Below are positions 46,813 through 57,556 of a stretch of 64,000 nucleotides of DNA, in pieces. Position 1 is the stretch's first letter, and every line of letters begins with the position of its first letter. Origin of the DNA: an uncultured Gammaproteobacteria bacterium (GTDB lineage: Bacteria > Pseudomonadota > Gammaproteobacteria > Pseudomonadales > Porticoccaceae); contig CAJXQR010000011.1 of the NCBI GenBank assembly GCA_913058345.1, forward strand, positions 18,964 to 82,963, in the 5' to 3' direction. The notes under the pieces are model-generated. The model made no database searches and was not told where the DNA came from. It was given only the letters and a program-made list of their open reading frames with translations. Both the position numbers and the translations under genes were made by a program.

Positions 46813-47160
46813 ATGAATGAGCATCGATCGGGTATCAATCCAGGTTTTTTAACCAAGCATACCTTGAGCGTGTGCGGGATCAATGAAAACAATACCAAAG
46901 CGATTGTTGAGGAAATTGACGAACTTCCCTGTGTTGACAGCGTTCAGTTCGATGCACGTAGAAAAACCTTAAAAATCGCCTACGACGCTTCTCATCACAA
47001 TATCGATGAAATGATCGCCATTGTCGAAAAGCATGGTGCGGCAATAAAAGACAGCTGGTGGTCCCGAACCAGGCTGAGTTGGCAACGGCAGACCGATGAG
47101 AATATCAGGGATAACGCTAAACATGAGGCGCACTGCTGCAACAAGATGCCGCCTCATTAG
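46813..47160 (+). CDS. HMA-like ferredoxin-fold protein without a CxxC site; C-terminal CC motif
   Basis: GGAGG RBS; ..TLSVCGINENNTKAIVEEIDELPCVDSVQFDARRKTLKIAYD.. ..HCCNKMPP. Confidence 0.45.
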   Translation: MNEHRSGINPGFLTKHTLSVCGINENNTKAIVEEIDELPCVDSVQFDARRKTLKIAYDASHHNIDEMIAIVEKHGAAIKDSWWSRTRLSWQRQTDENIRDNAKHEAHCCNKMPPH

Positions 47161-47349
47161 ATGAAAGAGAAAATGAGCAACAAAGAACATCGATTAGGTG
47201 TCTCTGAAATTAATCTGGTGAGGGGCCAATTGACGTTGGAACCTGTCGATATGACTAGCAGTCTGTTGAGAAATGCAGTTTTAAGCATCCTGTATACCTT
47301 GCAACGAATGCCCAGGAAGAGGGCTGACCATTATATTAAGGGGGCATGA

Positions 47350-48702
47350 ATGGAGGAAAAAGACGATCGTTCGACACATTATGACGAGGGTAGCCTCTCT
47401 CTGTCAGGTACGGTGATGCTCGGGACTGGGGTGATGATCGGCGCAGGAATATTTGCGCTAACCGGGCAAATGGCAGAGATGACTGGTGCATTATTCCCAT
47501 TGGCATTCCTCGCGGCCGCGATCATCGTTGGTTTCAGTGCTTACTCATACATCAAAATATCCAATGCCTACCCATCAGCAGGGGGGATCGGCATGTATCT
47601 GCATAAGGCCTATGGCGACCGGTTGCCCACTGCGTTTAATGCACTACTTATGTATTTTTCGATGGTCATCGCGCAGAGTTTTCTAGCGCGTACGTTCGGT
47701 TCTTACACCATGCAATTATTTGGCGGTGACCCTTCAGGGCAAATGACTCCTATACTCGGCGTCTCCCTAATTCTGGCGGCGTTCATTGTGAACCTGTTGG
47801 GTAATCGGTTGATTCAAGGGGTTGCAGGATTTATCGGCCTACTGAAAATTGGTGGAATTCTAATCTTTGGTCTCGTCGGCATCTGGTTAGCTGATAGCCT
47901 GGCAGTGGACTTTGACCATGTAAGCGAGACCGGTTCAGCCAGTAATTTCCTCGGCGCCACAGCGCTGGGGATTCTGGCATTCAAAGGCTTTACCACTATT
48001 ACCAATAGTGGTTCCGAGGTGATCGATCCACACCGCAATGTTGGTCGCGCCATTGTTATTTCGATTGCTGCCTGTGTCGTTATCTATACATTGGTTGGTT
48101 TTGCGGTGGCCAGTAACCTCTCACTCAGGGAGATTATTCAAACTCGAGATTATTCCCTGGCTGCGGCCGCTCGACCTGCACTCGGTGAGTACGGCGTGTG
48201 GTTCACCGTTGCGATTGCCATGCTGGCGACGGCGGGAGGGATTCTTGCCAGTATTTTTGCGGTCTCCAGGATGCTCGCGATGCTAACAGAGATGAAGTTG
48301 GTGCCTCACCGACACTTCGGTATGCCTGGCAGCATTCAGAAACATACATTGGTATACACCGTGGTACTCGGTCTTGTGCTCACAGCGTTTTTTGATCTTT
48401 CCCGTATAGCAGCACTTGGCATCGTTTTCTATCTAGTGATGGATATCGCCATTCATTGGGGTGTTCTGCGCTACTTGTTGGACGATGTTAAAGCTAAAAG
48501 CTGGGTTCCCGTCACTGCGATTATATTAGATTTGCTTGCACTAAGCGGGTTTGTTTGGGTGAAGTTGAATTCAGACCCATTTGTGTTGGGTGTGGCCGTT
48601 GTCACAATGATGCTAATCGCTATCGGCGAGCAACTATTTCTGGGATCTAAAAAACGAAAGCAGGTTGTGCACCTGAGTCAGGATAATGAATATCACCATT
48701 AA
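47350..48702 (+). CDS. APC-superfamily amino-acid/polyamine-type permease
   Basis: 450 aa, 12 TM segments, GAGIFALTG motif. Confidence 0.85.
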   Translation: MEEKDDRSTHYDEGSLSLSGTVMLGTGVMIGAGIFALTGQMAEMTGALFPLAFLAAAIIVGFSAYSYIKISNAYPSAGGIGMYLHKAYGDRLPTAFNALLMYFSMVIAQSFLARTFGSYTMQLFGGDPSGQMTPILGVSLILAAFIVNLLGNRLIQGVAGFIGLLKIGGILIFGLVGIWLADSLAVDFDHVSETGSASNFLGATALGILAFKGFTTITNSGSEVIDPHRNVGRAIVISIAACVVIYTLVGFAVASNLSLREIIQTRDYSLAAAARPALGEYGVWFTVAIAMLATAGGILASIFAVSRMLAMLTEMKLVPHRHFGMPGSIQKHTLVYTVVLGLVLTAFFDLSRIAALGIVFYLVMDIAIHWGVLRYLLDDVKAKSWVPVTAIILDLLALSGFVWVKLNSDPFVLGVAVVTMMLIAIGEQLFLGSKKRKQVVHLSQDNEYHH

Positions 48703-48770
48703 AAATGGTGGTGGAGAAAGCCTGCTGGCCACTGAAAGAAAGGCAATGGCTAAATTTTGTTGTTCAGGAA

Positions 48771-50285
48771 ATGCTAATGGATCAAATTAACACACTTAAG
48801 GTGATCGACATGGGCATCGACACCCACCAGGAACCGGTGGTGTATATGCGCAGTGATTGTCACATCTGCCGCTCTGAAGGTTTCACTGCCAACAGCCGTG
48901 TCATGCTGCGGTACGGGGAAAACAGCGTTATCGCCACGCTGAATGTGGTGGACGAACAGGTACTGAGTTCCGGGAGTGCAGGGTTGTCTAAAAGTGCCAT
49001 GCAGCGCTTGGACGTCGATGATGGCGCCGCGGTTAGTGTCGACCACGCACCGGTAGTGACATCACTTGCCGCCGTGCGCAAAAAAATCTTTGGACACAAA
49101 CTCAGTGATCAAGAGATTACCGCTATTGTCGAGGACATCGGCGACCACCGCTATTCGGATATCGAAATCGCCAGCTTCCTCAGTGTGTGCGCGGGTAGCC
49201 GTTTAGACGTAGATGAAATCATCAGTCTCACCCAGGCCATGGTGGCCTGTGGTAAGCGGCTGAACTGGCCAGACGAAGCCATGGTTCTTGATAAACACTG
49301 CATCGGTGGGCTGCCGGGCAACCGCACCACACCGCTCGTGGTGTCCATTGTCAGCGCTGCGGGACTCACCATCCCTAAAACCTCCTCGCGGGCGATCACC
49401 TCTCCCGCCGGTACTGCGGATACTATGGAGGCACTGACTACCGTCAATCTGGAGCTCAATGAGATTCAACGTGTAGTGGCTGAGACCCATGCCTGTCTTG
49501 TTTGGGGTGGCGCTGTCAACCTGAGTCCGGCCGACGATTTGTTGATTCGCATTGAACGGGCCCTGGATTTGGATGGTGAAGGGCAGTTGATCGCCTCGGT
49601 TTTATCAAAAAAAATCGCTGCCGGTTCCACTCATGCGGTGATAGATATTCCCGTCGGCCCCACCGCTAAAGTGCGTTCCCAGAACGACGCCGATCGCCTT
49701 TCCTCACTCTTTACCCAGGTGGGAGCCGCCTGTGGTATTCAAATTCGCTGCCTTATTACGGATGGTAGTCAGCCGGTTGGGCGTGGTATCGGCCCGGTAG
49801 AAGAAGCGCGGGATGTGCTGGCAGTATTGCAGCGCGAGCACAGTGCACCACAGGATCTTCGGGAGCGTGCCTTGTTTCTGGCTGCACATCTGTTTTCACT
49901 TGCTTATCAAGAGCGTTATGAACAAGGGCTGGAAAGAGCGATCGCGATTTTGGATGAAGGTAAAGCCTGGCAGCAGTTCCAGCGCATTTTGGCCGCGCAG
50001 GGTGGGATGAAAGCCCTGCCTGACGCCAGCTACCAACATACCGAAGCGGCCACAGCAGCGGGCACACTTACCGCTATCGACAATCGTCAACTCGCGCGTC
50101 TGGCGAAGCTGGCAGGCGCTCCGGCGACAGCGGCTGCGGGGCTGCGTCTACATGCTCGAGTCGGCGACAAGGTCACCGTCGGACAACCTTTATTTACGCT
50201 CTGTTCCGATACGATCGGAGAGCAACAGTATGCGATGGCGTTTTATCGCCAATCGACAATTTTTACGGTCGAGAAGGAACGATGA
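48771..50285 (+). CDS. thymidine-phosphorylase-family protein of the long, archaeal AMP-phosphorylase-like type
   Basis: About 504 aa; extra N-terminal domain (..LKVIDMGIDTHQEPVVYMRSDC..) and LDKHCIGGLPGNRTTP loop. Confidence 0.85.
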   Translation: MLMDQINTLKVIDMGIDTHQEPVVYMRSDCHICRSEGFTANSRVMLRYGENSVIATLNVVDEQVLSSGSAGLSKSAMQRLDVDDGAAVSVDHAPVVTSLAAVRKKIFGHKLSDQEITAIVEDIGDHRYSDIEIASFLSVCAGSRLDVDEIISLTQAMVACGKRLNWPDEAMVLDKHCIGGLPGNRTTPLVVSIVSAAGLTIPKTSSRAITSPAGTADTMEALTTVNLELNEIQRVVAETHACLVWGGAVNLSPADDLLIRIERALDLDGEGQLIASVLSKKIAAGSTHAVIDIPVGPTAKVRSQNDADRLSSLFTQVGAACGIQIRCLITDGSQPVGRGIGPVEEARDVLAVLQREHSAPQDLRERALFLAAHLFSLAYQERYEQGLERAIAILDEGKAWQQFQRILAAQGGMKALPDASYQHTEAATAAGTLTAIDNRQLARLAKLAGAPATAAAGLRLHARVGDKVTVGQPLFTLCSDTIGEQQYAMAFYRQSTIFTVEKER

Positions 50286-51208
50286 GCGAGGCGATGGCTG
50301 TGAAAGATAAATCTCCAGTGGTGTTTTCCCTGAACAATCATCCGTTGGCTGAGTCACTCAGTAACGCGATTGGTGGTCAACCTGGCGAGTTTAACGCTCG
50401 GCAGTTTCCTGATGGGGAGTCCTATCTGCGTATTCAATCTGATGTAGAAAATCGCGCCTGTATTGTGGTGGCTGATCTGTCACACCCAAACATCAAATAT
50501 CTGCCGTTGTTGTTTTTATTGGAAACACTGCGGGAGCTGGGAGCGTCGCAAGTGGGGTTAGTGGCGCCTTACCTCAGTTATATGCGTCAGGATCGCCGTT
50601 TTGTCGATGGGGAAGCGGTTACTTCACGTATTTTTGCCAAGTGCCTTTCTCAACATGCTGATTGGCTGGTTACGGTCGATCCACATTTGCATCGCTATCA
50701 TTCTCTGGATGAAATCTATTCCATACCCAGTCGTGTTGTGCAAGGGGCTCCGGCATTGGCGCACTGGCTCAAAACGCAAAGCAACCTACTGTTGGTAGGG
50801 CCGGACAGCGAAAGCGAGCAATGGGTTGCTGAGATTGCTGCCTTTAGTCAACATCCTTTTGTGATTGGGGAAAAGCAGCGCTTCGGGGATCGCCAAGTCG
50901 AAGTGATGCTGCCCGACATCAACGAATTCAGGGATAGAACGGCAGTGATTATCGACGACGTTATTTCCAGCGGGCAAACAATCCTGGAATGCGTTAAAAC
51001 ACTTCGGCTCAAAGGTATCGGCAACATTCAGTGTGTGGCGGTACACGGTATATTTGCCGATCACTCCGATAAAACCTTACTGGCCTCCGGCCTAAGCCAG
51101 CTGGTCACGTCCAATACTATCCCCCATTCTTCCAATGTTATTGATATCACGTCGCAACTGATTGAGCCCGTTATCAGTATGCTTAAAATGCCAGGACAAT
51201 CATTATGA
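50282..51208 (+). CDS. ribose-phosphate diphosphokinase (Prs)-like protein
   Basis: 308 aa; PRPP loop AVIIDDVISSGQT; 4-nt overlaps with both neighbours. Confidence 0.85.
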   Translation: MSEAMAVKDKSPVVFSLNNHPLAESLSNAIGGQPGEFNARQFPDGESYLRIQSDVENRACIVVADLSHPNIKYLPLLFLLETLRELGASQVGLVAPYLSYMRQDRRFVDGEAVTSRIFAKCLSQHADWLVTVDPHLHRYHSLDEIYSIPSRVVQGAPALAHWLKTQSNLLLVGPDSESEQWVAEIAAFSQHPFVIGEKQRFGDRQVEVMLPDINEFRDRTAVIIDDVISSGQTILECVKTLRLKGIGNIQCVAVHGIFADHSDKTLLASGLSQLVTSNTIPHSSNVIDITSQLIEPVISMLKMPGQSL

Positions 51209-52561
51209 AAATCACCTTTATCGGTGGTACCGAGACTGTTACCGGTTCAAAATTTCTGCTGGAAACAGACACGACAACAGTCTTAGTCGATTGCGGTTTG
51301 TTCCAGGGTTACAAATGGCTGCGGGAACGCAACTGGCAAACTTTGCCTCTGGACATCGATAAGCTGGATGCGGTGCTGATCACTCACGCACATCTGGATC
51401 ACTCCGGTTATATCCCGGTGCTATACAAGCGCGGCTTTCGCGGCCCGGTGTTTACCCATCACGCCACTAAGGCCCTGTGTCAGATTTTATTGGCCGACAG
51501 CGGCCATATCCAGGAGGAAGACGCTAAGTATTACAGCAAACATAAATTGGGCAAGCACGCGCACCCTGAGCCGCTTTACGACCGTCAAACGGCGGAAGCC
51601 AGCATGAGGCTATTTCAGTCTGTGGAGTTTGATGAACAGATCGAGGTCGGGGATATCCGTTTTTATTTACAGCCTGCCGGTCATATTCTCGGCGCCGCCA
51701 GCATTATCGTTGAAGCGGAAGGGAAACGAATCGGCTTTTCTGGTGATGTCGGTCGCTTCGATGATGTGCTGATGACCCCCCCCTCGACCATTGCCGGAGC
51801 TGGATCTGCTGTTGATGGAGTCCACCTACGGCAACCGCCGGCACGACACCCAAGATCCGTTTCAGCAGTTGGCGGAAATTGTTAACCGTGTCGCCAAAAG
51901 CGGCGGCGTGCTGCTAGTCCCGGCCTTTGCGGTAGGGCGGGCGCAGGCCTTGCAACATCTGTTGGCGACCCTGATGGATCAGGGCGATATCCCCAAAATG
52001 CCCATCTATCTCGACAGCCCCATGGCGATCAAAGTATCGGATATTTTCTGCCAGTTCAGTGATCAGCACCGGTTGAGTCACGAGCAATGCTACCGCCTAT
52101 GCGATGGCGTGACCTATACCCGCACGGTGGACGAATCGAAGGCGATTGCCGGACAGGCTTTCCCCCATATTGTTATCGCTGGCAGCGGCATGGCTACCGG
52201 GGGTCGTATTCTCCACCACTTCAAACGCCTGTTAGGCAGTTCTAAAACCACGGTACTGTTTACCGGTTATCAGGCGGGCGGCACTCGCGGCGCAAAAATG
52301 CTGGAGGGTGTTGATGCGGTGAAAATCCACGGAGGCTGGGTACCGTTGAGAGCCACTGTCAAAGTCATCTCCGGTTTGTCGGGGCACGCAGACTACCTCG
52401 AACTGACCCAGTGGTTACAGCAGTCAGCGCTGACCGATACTACTCGAATTCAACTGATTCACGGTGACCCGGAAGCCCTTGAAGGCCTTCGGGTGCACTT
52501 GCAGGAGCACACCACGTTTGCGGTGAATGTGGCGGGTTATCGCGATATTTTGCGCCTGTAA
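51205..52561 (+). CDS. beta-CASP MBL-fold RNA-metabolising hydrolase, split by a frameshift in a C8 run
   Basis: THAHLDHSG, ..GDVGRFDD.., then in the +1 frame ..LPELDLLLMESTYGNRRH.. ..GHAD..; the frames join if 51776-51783 is C7. Confidence 0.8.
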
Positions 52562-52593
52562 TCGAAGAGATAATCCACAGCGGAGAAAAAGTT

Positions 52594-53052
52594 ATGCAAA
52601 TTGAAACCTTAAAAGATGTGCTGCACTGGACCCGGGAATTTCACCAACACCTCAGCCAGTGTTTATCCCACTGTGCGGACAAGAATATGGATGAACGGGC
52701 CCGGATGATCCTTGCGTATCTGTCCGATCATGAGAAGGCACTGACCAAGGTAGTCAGCGGGTTTGAAACCTCAGGCGACGAGCATGCACTGAATACCTGG
52801 TGTTACGAATATGTGGCAAAGCACCCCATCGTTCGGCATGCGCATTGCGACGCGCCCTTTGCCGAGCTGGATGCCACGCAAATCATGGAGGTGATAGTCG
52901 ATCAACACCAGCAGGTGATTGAACTGTATCGCTATCTCGCCTCCAGGGCGGATATCCCCTCTGCCAAAGAGTTGATGGAATCACTCCGGTCGCTGGAAGA
53001 GCACGAAATGATGCGTATGGCGCAGTCTGCCAACCGGTTCGGGGATTTGTAG
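52594..53052 (+). CDS. hypothetical helical protein, distant paralogue of 3120..3578
   Basis: 152 aa; shared pattern with the 3120 ORF. Confidence 0.6.
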   Translation: MQIETLKDVLHWTREFHQHLSQCLSHCADKNMDERARMILAYLSDHEKALTKVVSGFETSGDEHALNTWCYEYVAKHPIVRHAHCDAPFAELDATQIMEVIVDQHQQVIELYRYLASRADIPSAKELMESLRSLEEHEMMRMAQSANRFGDL

Positions 53053-53099
53053 AGACACTAATTTCTCACAGATACACCACCATAAACGGAGGAATAATC

Positions 53100-53363
53100 A
53101 TGACACTTAATGCGTTCAAATTCGGGATGGCCAGCGCGATTACCGCGGCGATACTGTGGCTGGCTTGCAGTCTGCTGGTGATGTTAATGCCTTCCATGAT
53201 GTTGTCCATGTCCGGAGAAATGGTGCATATGCAACTGAATGAGATGGGTTGGCACTTGACTCTCACTGGTGTCGTTATCGGGCTGGTGGCCTGGTTCGTG
53301 GTAGCGGGTATCGCCGGGTGGTTGCTGGCGGCCATTTATAACCGCTTGCAGTCATCCGACTGA
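53100..53363 (+). CDS. small three-TM membrane protein (DUF5676-like guess)
   Basis: 87 aa, GGAGG RBS. Confidence 0.5.
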   Translation: MTLNAFKFGMASAITAAILWLACSLLVMLMPSMMLSMSGEMVHMQLNEMGWHLTLTGVVIGLVAWFVVAGIAGWLLAAIYNRLQSSD

Positions 53364-53374
53364 TTATCCAGCTG

Positions 53375-54544
53375 ATGAGCAGTTTGCCGCGCTATGACAA
53401 ACCGGTTCTGTTGGTGTTGAATCCGGGTAGTTCATCCATCAAGTGGAGCACGCATAACGTCTCGGCGCTTGAATATGCGGGTGCAACGGTGCCTGTTGCT
53501 ATTGGGCAAGCAGGTGTCGGCCAATCAGCTGCGCAGACTTATCCTGGCGCGCCCCCTTGGCTGACCGATGTGCTGACAAATCATGATGTTCGCGCGGTGA
53601 TTATCAGAGTCGTACACGGGGGCTCTGAATATCTTAAACCTCTCCCCATCAACGACGATAACTTTCGGCAACTGCAAACCCTGATACCACTGGCGCCACT
53701 GCACAATAAGGCGGCCATTGAACTGATTGAGCAGCTTCGGAATACCCGATTTTCCATTCCCGTTTTTGCGGTTTTCGATAGTGAGTTTTTCAGCGACCTG
53801 CCGGTGCTGTCACAGACTTATGGACTATCCGTCGCACTCACTGAGAAATATCGATTACGCCGTTACGGGTTTCACGGTTTTGCTCATGAGTCCATGGTCA
53901 AACAGTGGGAGACAGTGAATCCCGATATCGAACACTACACCCTGGTGACTGCGCAACTGGGAAGCGGCTGTTCCATGGCTGGCATCCGCGATGGCAAACC
54001 GGTCGATACCACCATGGGGTTTACACCCAATGAAGGGTTGTTGATGCGCACGCGCAGCGGTGATATCGATCCCGGATTACTGACCTGGTTGCAGCGGCAG
54101 GAGGGGTGGACGCCGGAAGAGACTGATCATGTTTTAAATCACGAATCCGGCTGGCGGGGTCTGTCCGGCGGAATCGATAACATGGCGGATTTGTTTGCGA
54201 GTAAACAGCCGCAACACCAACTGGCGTTTGATTTTTTCCGTTATCGATTCCAGAAAGCACTGGGCGCGTATTTCGCCATTCTGGGCGGGCTGGACGGTGT
54301 CGTTCTTAGCGGCGGTATTGCGGAAAACAACATCGATATTTGCCGTCGTTTGTTGTCCGGTCTTTCCCACTTAGGCATCGCGTTAAAAGATCCCCTGGCT
54401 CGCTCCCCTTTACCACTACTTTTATCGTCACCGGCATCGCCGGTGCAGTGTTGGGTAGTGGTCGCCGATGAGGCAGCGGCCATGTTGCGATCCGTACAAC
54501 ACCACTTGTCTTTTGAGAATGAATTTCAGTCGTTGGCTGATTGA
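53375..54544 (+). CDS. ackA: acetate/propionate-family kinase
   Basis: LVLNPGSSSIKW, RRYGFHGFAH, GGIAEN motifs. Confidence 0.9.
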   Translation: MSSLPRYDKPVLLVLNPGSSSIKWSTHNVSALEYAGATVPVAIGQAGVGQSAAQTYPGAPPWLTDVLTNHDVRAVIIRVVHGGSEYLKPLPINDDNFRQLQTLIPLAPLHNKAAIELIEQLRNTRFSIPVFAVFDSEFFSDLPVLSQTYGLSVALTEKYRLRRYGFHGFAHESMVKQWETVNPDIEHYTLVTAQLGSGCSMAGIRDGKPVDTTMGFTPNEGLLMRTRSGDIDPGLLTWLQRQEGWTPEETDHVLNHESGWRGLSGGIDNMADLFASKQPQHQLAFDFFRYRFQKALGAYFAILGGLDGVVLSGGIAENNIDICRRLLSGLSHLGIALKDPLARSPLPLLLSSPASPVQCWVVVADEAAAMLRSVQHHLSFENEFQSLAD

Positions 54545-54553
54545 GGAATTTCT

Positions 54554-56920
54554 ATGTATGCCATAGATCAACAAAACGATCATCGGACACAACAGCGCGC
54601 AAAGTTATATCGTGATACATATCCTGCCTTTGCGCGCTGGTCGAAAGGTTATGGCGTGATCCAACACCGGGATGAAACGCAGGTGAGAGTGTTCGATCTT
54701 TGTCAGCAACTGCTGTGTACAGGGCGTTTTAAACAGATCGATGAAGTGCTGGACATATTGTCTGCCGCAGATCGCCTGGCCAGTGCGTCCATGTGGTTGG
54801 TGGTGCATATGACCTATAGCAACAGAGTGGATTTCAGAGGCAGCGCACTCGGGGCATCAGATTTTAAAACTAACCCTCAGGGGCATACCGGCGGTTCCCT
54901 GAATATGGTGCCTGCCTATGTGGGCTATATGGCTGCCAATCGCCTGGCCGGTATCACCCGCAGTTGGTTGATGGGACAGGGGCACTGTGTGGCCGCCATC
55001 GATGCGGTCAACGCGCTGTTGCAAAACCTCTATCCGGAGCAGTCTGAACGCTATCCGTTGAGTGAAGAGGGGCTGACACAGCTAGCGCAGGATTTTTACA
55101 GCTACGCCATAACGGATGATGGTCGACCCGGCGTTCCTCTGGGTAGCCATGTAAATCCGCACACCGCTGGTGGAATGATTGAAGGCGGCTATCTGGGTTT
55201 TGCCGAACTGCAATATGTGCATATGCCGCTGCCCGGGGAACGGCTAGTGGCATTTCTAAGTGACGGTGCTTTTGAAGAACAGCGCGGTAGCGACTGGGCC
55301 AGCCGCTGGTGGCGCGCCGAGGATTGCGGGCTGGTGACACCGGTGATGATTGCCAATGGCAGGCGAATTGACCAGCGCTCCACCATGTACCAGCAAGGCG
55401 GTTTGTCCTGGTTCTACGAGCACCTGGAACAGAATGATTTTCACCCCATCGCCATCGACGGGCGTGATCCGGCGGCGTTTATCTGGGGAATTTTTGAATC
55501 CGAAGCGCGGCTCGAAGCCTGCAGTGCGCACATCCGTGAAGGCCATATGCACTATCCGGTGAAACTGCCATATCTGATTGCTGAAACGGAAAAAGGCTAC
55601 GGATTCTACGGCGCCGGTACCAATGCTGCTCATGGCACACCGCTACCGGGTAACCCCGGTAGCGATGAACGCTCCCGCAACCTATTTAACGAACACGCGG
55701 CCAAATTATTTCTTCCACGAAGTGAGTTGGAACTGGCTATCTCACAAATTGCGCAGCATGAGGCGGATAATCGAGTGCCGGAAAAACACCATGCCCTGTG
55801 TATGCGCAACGTCAGGCTTCAATCTCCCACAGAGCCACAATGGCATACCGAGGGTGACCCGACATCCCCGATGGCAGCGGTGGACACACGCTTTTGTGAA
55901 TGGCACCTCGCTAATCCCGATAGGCGGGTGCGGATCGGCAACCCGGATGAGCTGCGCAGTAATCGCATGGGCAAGACGCTTGATCTGCTTAAGCACCGGG
56001 TGCTGAAGCCGGAACAGGGTGTGGCCGAATCCATTCACGGCTCGGTGATTACCGCACTCAATGAAGAGGCGGTCGTAAATGCGGCGCTGGGAAACAAAGG
56101 CGGTCTGAACCTGGTGGTGAGCTATGAAGCCTTCGCCATGAAAATGATCGGTGCGCTGCGCCAGGAAATCATTTTTGCGCGCCATCAAAAAGCGCTGGGG
56201 CGCCCGCCGGGCTGGCTGTCGGTGCCGGTGATTGCCACCTCGCACTTATGGGAGAACGGCAAGAATGAACAATCCCATCAGGATTCCGCCTTTGGCGAGG
56301 TGTTGCTGGGGGAAATGAGCGATATGACGAGAGTTGTGTATCCCGCCGATGCCAATAGTGCGGTCGCCTGCCTCGATGCCTGTTACCAGACCCAGGGTCA
56401 AATCTGGGGGATGACGATTCCCAAAAATGACGTTGTTACAGCATTCACACCCAAGCAGGCAGCCCAGTTGGCAGAACAGGGCGCATTGACTTTGGATAAG
56501 ACTGACGGTGCACCGGTACAACTTGTCGCGGTAGGTGCCTATCAATTAGGCGTTTGTGGGGAGGTAAAACGCACCCTGTCTAAACAGGGTATTCAATGCC
56601 GCATAACGTACCTGTTAGAGCCGGGTCGCTTCCGGCAGCCGCGAGACCCCTATGAGCAGACTTATGTCTGCGATGTAGCTACCCGCATAAACCTGTTTCC
56701 CGATGACATTCGTTTGCGCATTTTTGTATCGCACCTGCGACCGGAAATATTGCTCGGTGTCTGCCGCCCTTTGGATCTTGGCGTTGATCGATGTATCGCT
56801 TTTGGTTACCGCAATCAAGGCGGTACCTTGGATACGCCAGGTTTATTACGGGCGAATCAGTCTGATGCGCAGTCCATTGCCACAGTGGTTATGCAGAAAA
56901 TAGGCAGAGGAGAGGCATGA
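54554..56920 (+). CDS. xylulose-5-P/fructose-6-P phosphoketolase
   Basis: 788 aa; [25 protein letters not shown], typical length. Confidence 0.95.
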   Translation: MYAIDQQNDHRTQQRAKLYRDTYPAFARWSKGYGVIQHRDETQVRVFDLCQQLLCTGRFKQIDEVLDILSAADRLASASMWLVVHMTYSNRVDFRGSALGASDFKTNPQGHTGGSLNMVPAYVGYMAANRLAGITRSWLMGQGHCVAAIDAVNALLQNLYPEQSERYPLSEEGLTQLAQDFYSYAITDDGRPGVPLGSHVNPHTAGGMIEGGYLGFAELQYVHMPLPGERLVAFLSDGAFEEQRGSDWASRWWRAEDCGLVTPVMIANGRRIDQRSTMYQQGGLSWFYEHLEQNDFHPIAIDGRDPAAFIWGIFESEARLEACSAHIREGHMHYPVKLPYLIAETEKGYGFYGAGTNAAHGTPLPGNPGSDERSRNLFNEHAAKLFLPRSELELAISQIAQHEADNRVPEKHHALCMRNVRLQSPTEPQWHTEGDPTSPMAAVDTRFCEWHLANPDRRVRIGNPDELRSNRMGKTLDLLKHRVLKPEQGVAESIHGSVITALNEEAVVNAALGNKGGLNLVVSYEAFAMKMIGALRQEIIFARHQKALGRPPGWLSVPVIATSHLWENGKNEQSHQDSAFGEVLLGEMSDMTRVVYPADANSAVACLDACYQTQGQIWGMTIPKNDVVTAFTPKQAAQLAEQGALTLDKTDGAPVQLVAVGAYQLGVCGEVKRTLSKQGIQCRITYLLEPGRFRQPRDPYEQTYVCDVATRINLFPDDIRLRIFVSHLRPEILLGVCRPLDLGVDRCIAFGYRNQGGTLDTPGLLRANQSDAQSIATVVMQKIGRGEA

Positions 56921-56921
56921 A

Positions 56922-57503
56922 ATGACTGAAGTGAATGAACCTCGGCGCCGGTTTCTGATAGGAGCCACCTCCTTTGTTGCAGGTGCGGGTGTGGTCGGAG
57001 TCGCCACGCCCTTTGTTCAATCCTGGAATCCCAGTGCCAAGGCCAAATCTGTCGGAGCTCCGGTACAGGTGGATATCAGCAAAATTGACCCAGGTGCCAT
57101 GATTACCGTGGCGTGGCAGGGAAAACCTGTGTGGGTCGTTCGGCGCACTGCCGAAAATATAAAAAACCTGGCTCTGGAAGAGCATAGCGGCGAATTAAGA
57201 GATCCCGATTCCGACGTTAATCAACAACCGGATTACGCCAGGAATGCCGTTCGCAGTATCCGGGACGATATCTTTGTGGCGGTGGGTATTTGTACCCATT
57301 TGGGGTGTGTACCCAACTATGAGCCGGATGGCAGAGCAGAGGTGAAGCACGCACTTTTCTTCTGCCCCTGTCACGGCTCCAAGTTCGATCTGGCCGGGCG
57401 GGTATTTAAAGGGGTGCCGGCCCCTACCAACCTGATTATTCCTCCGCATCAGTACTTGGGAAACAACGTATTGGAGATCGGTTCCGATGCCACCACCAGC
57501 TAG
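56922..57503 (+). CDS. Rieske [2Fe-2S] protein of the bc1 PetA type, without adjacent cytochrome b/c1
   Basis: Tat signal RRRFLIGA; CTHLGC and CPCHGS boxes; starts 1 nt after the phosphoketolase stop. Confidence 0.9.
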   Translation: MTEVNEPRRRFLIGATSFVAGAGVVGVATPFVQSWNPSAKAKSVGAPVQVDISKIDPGAMITVAWQGKPVWVVRRTAENIKNLALEEHSGELRDPDSDVNQQPDYARNAVRSIRDDIFVAVGICTHLGCVPNYEPDGRAEVKHALFFCPCHGSKFDLAGRVFKGVPAPTNLIIPPHQYLGNNVLEIGSDATTS

Positions 57504-57556
57504 CGCCATTCAGCCAAAACCGCGCCACCTAAGCAATCAAAGAAAAGGAAACAGCC

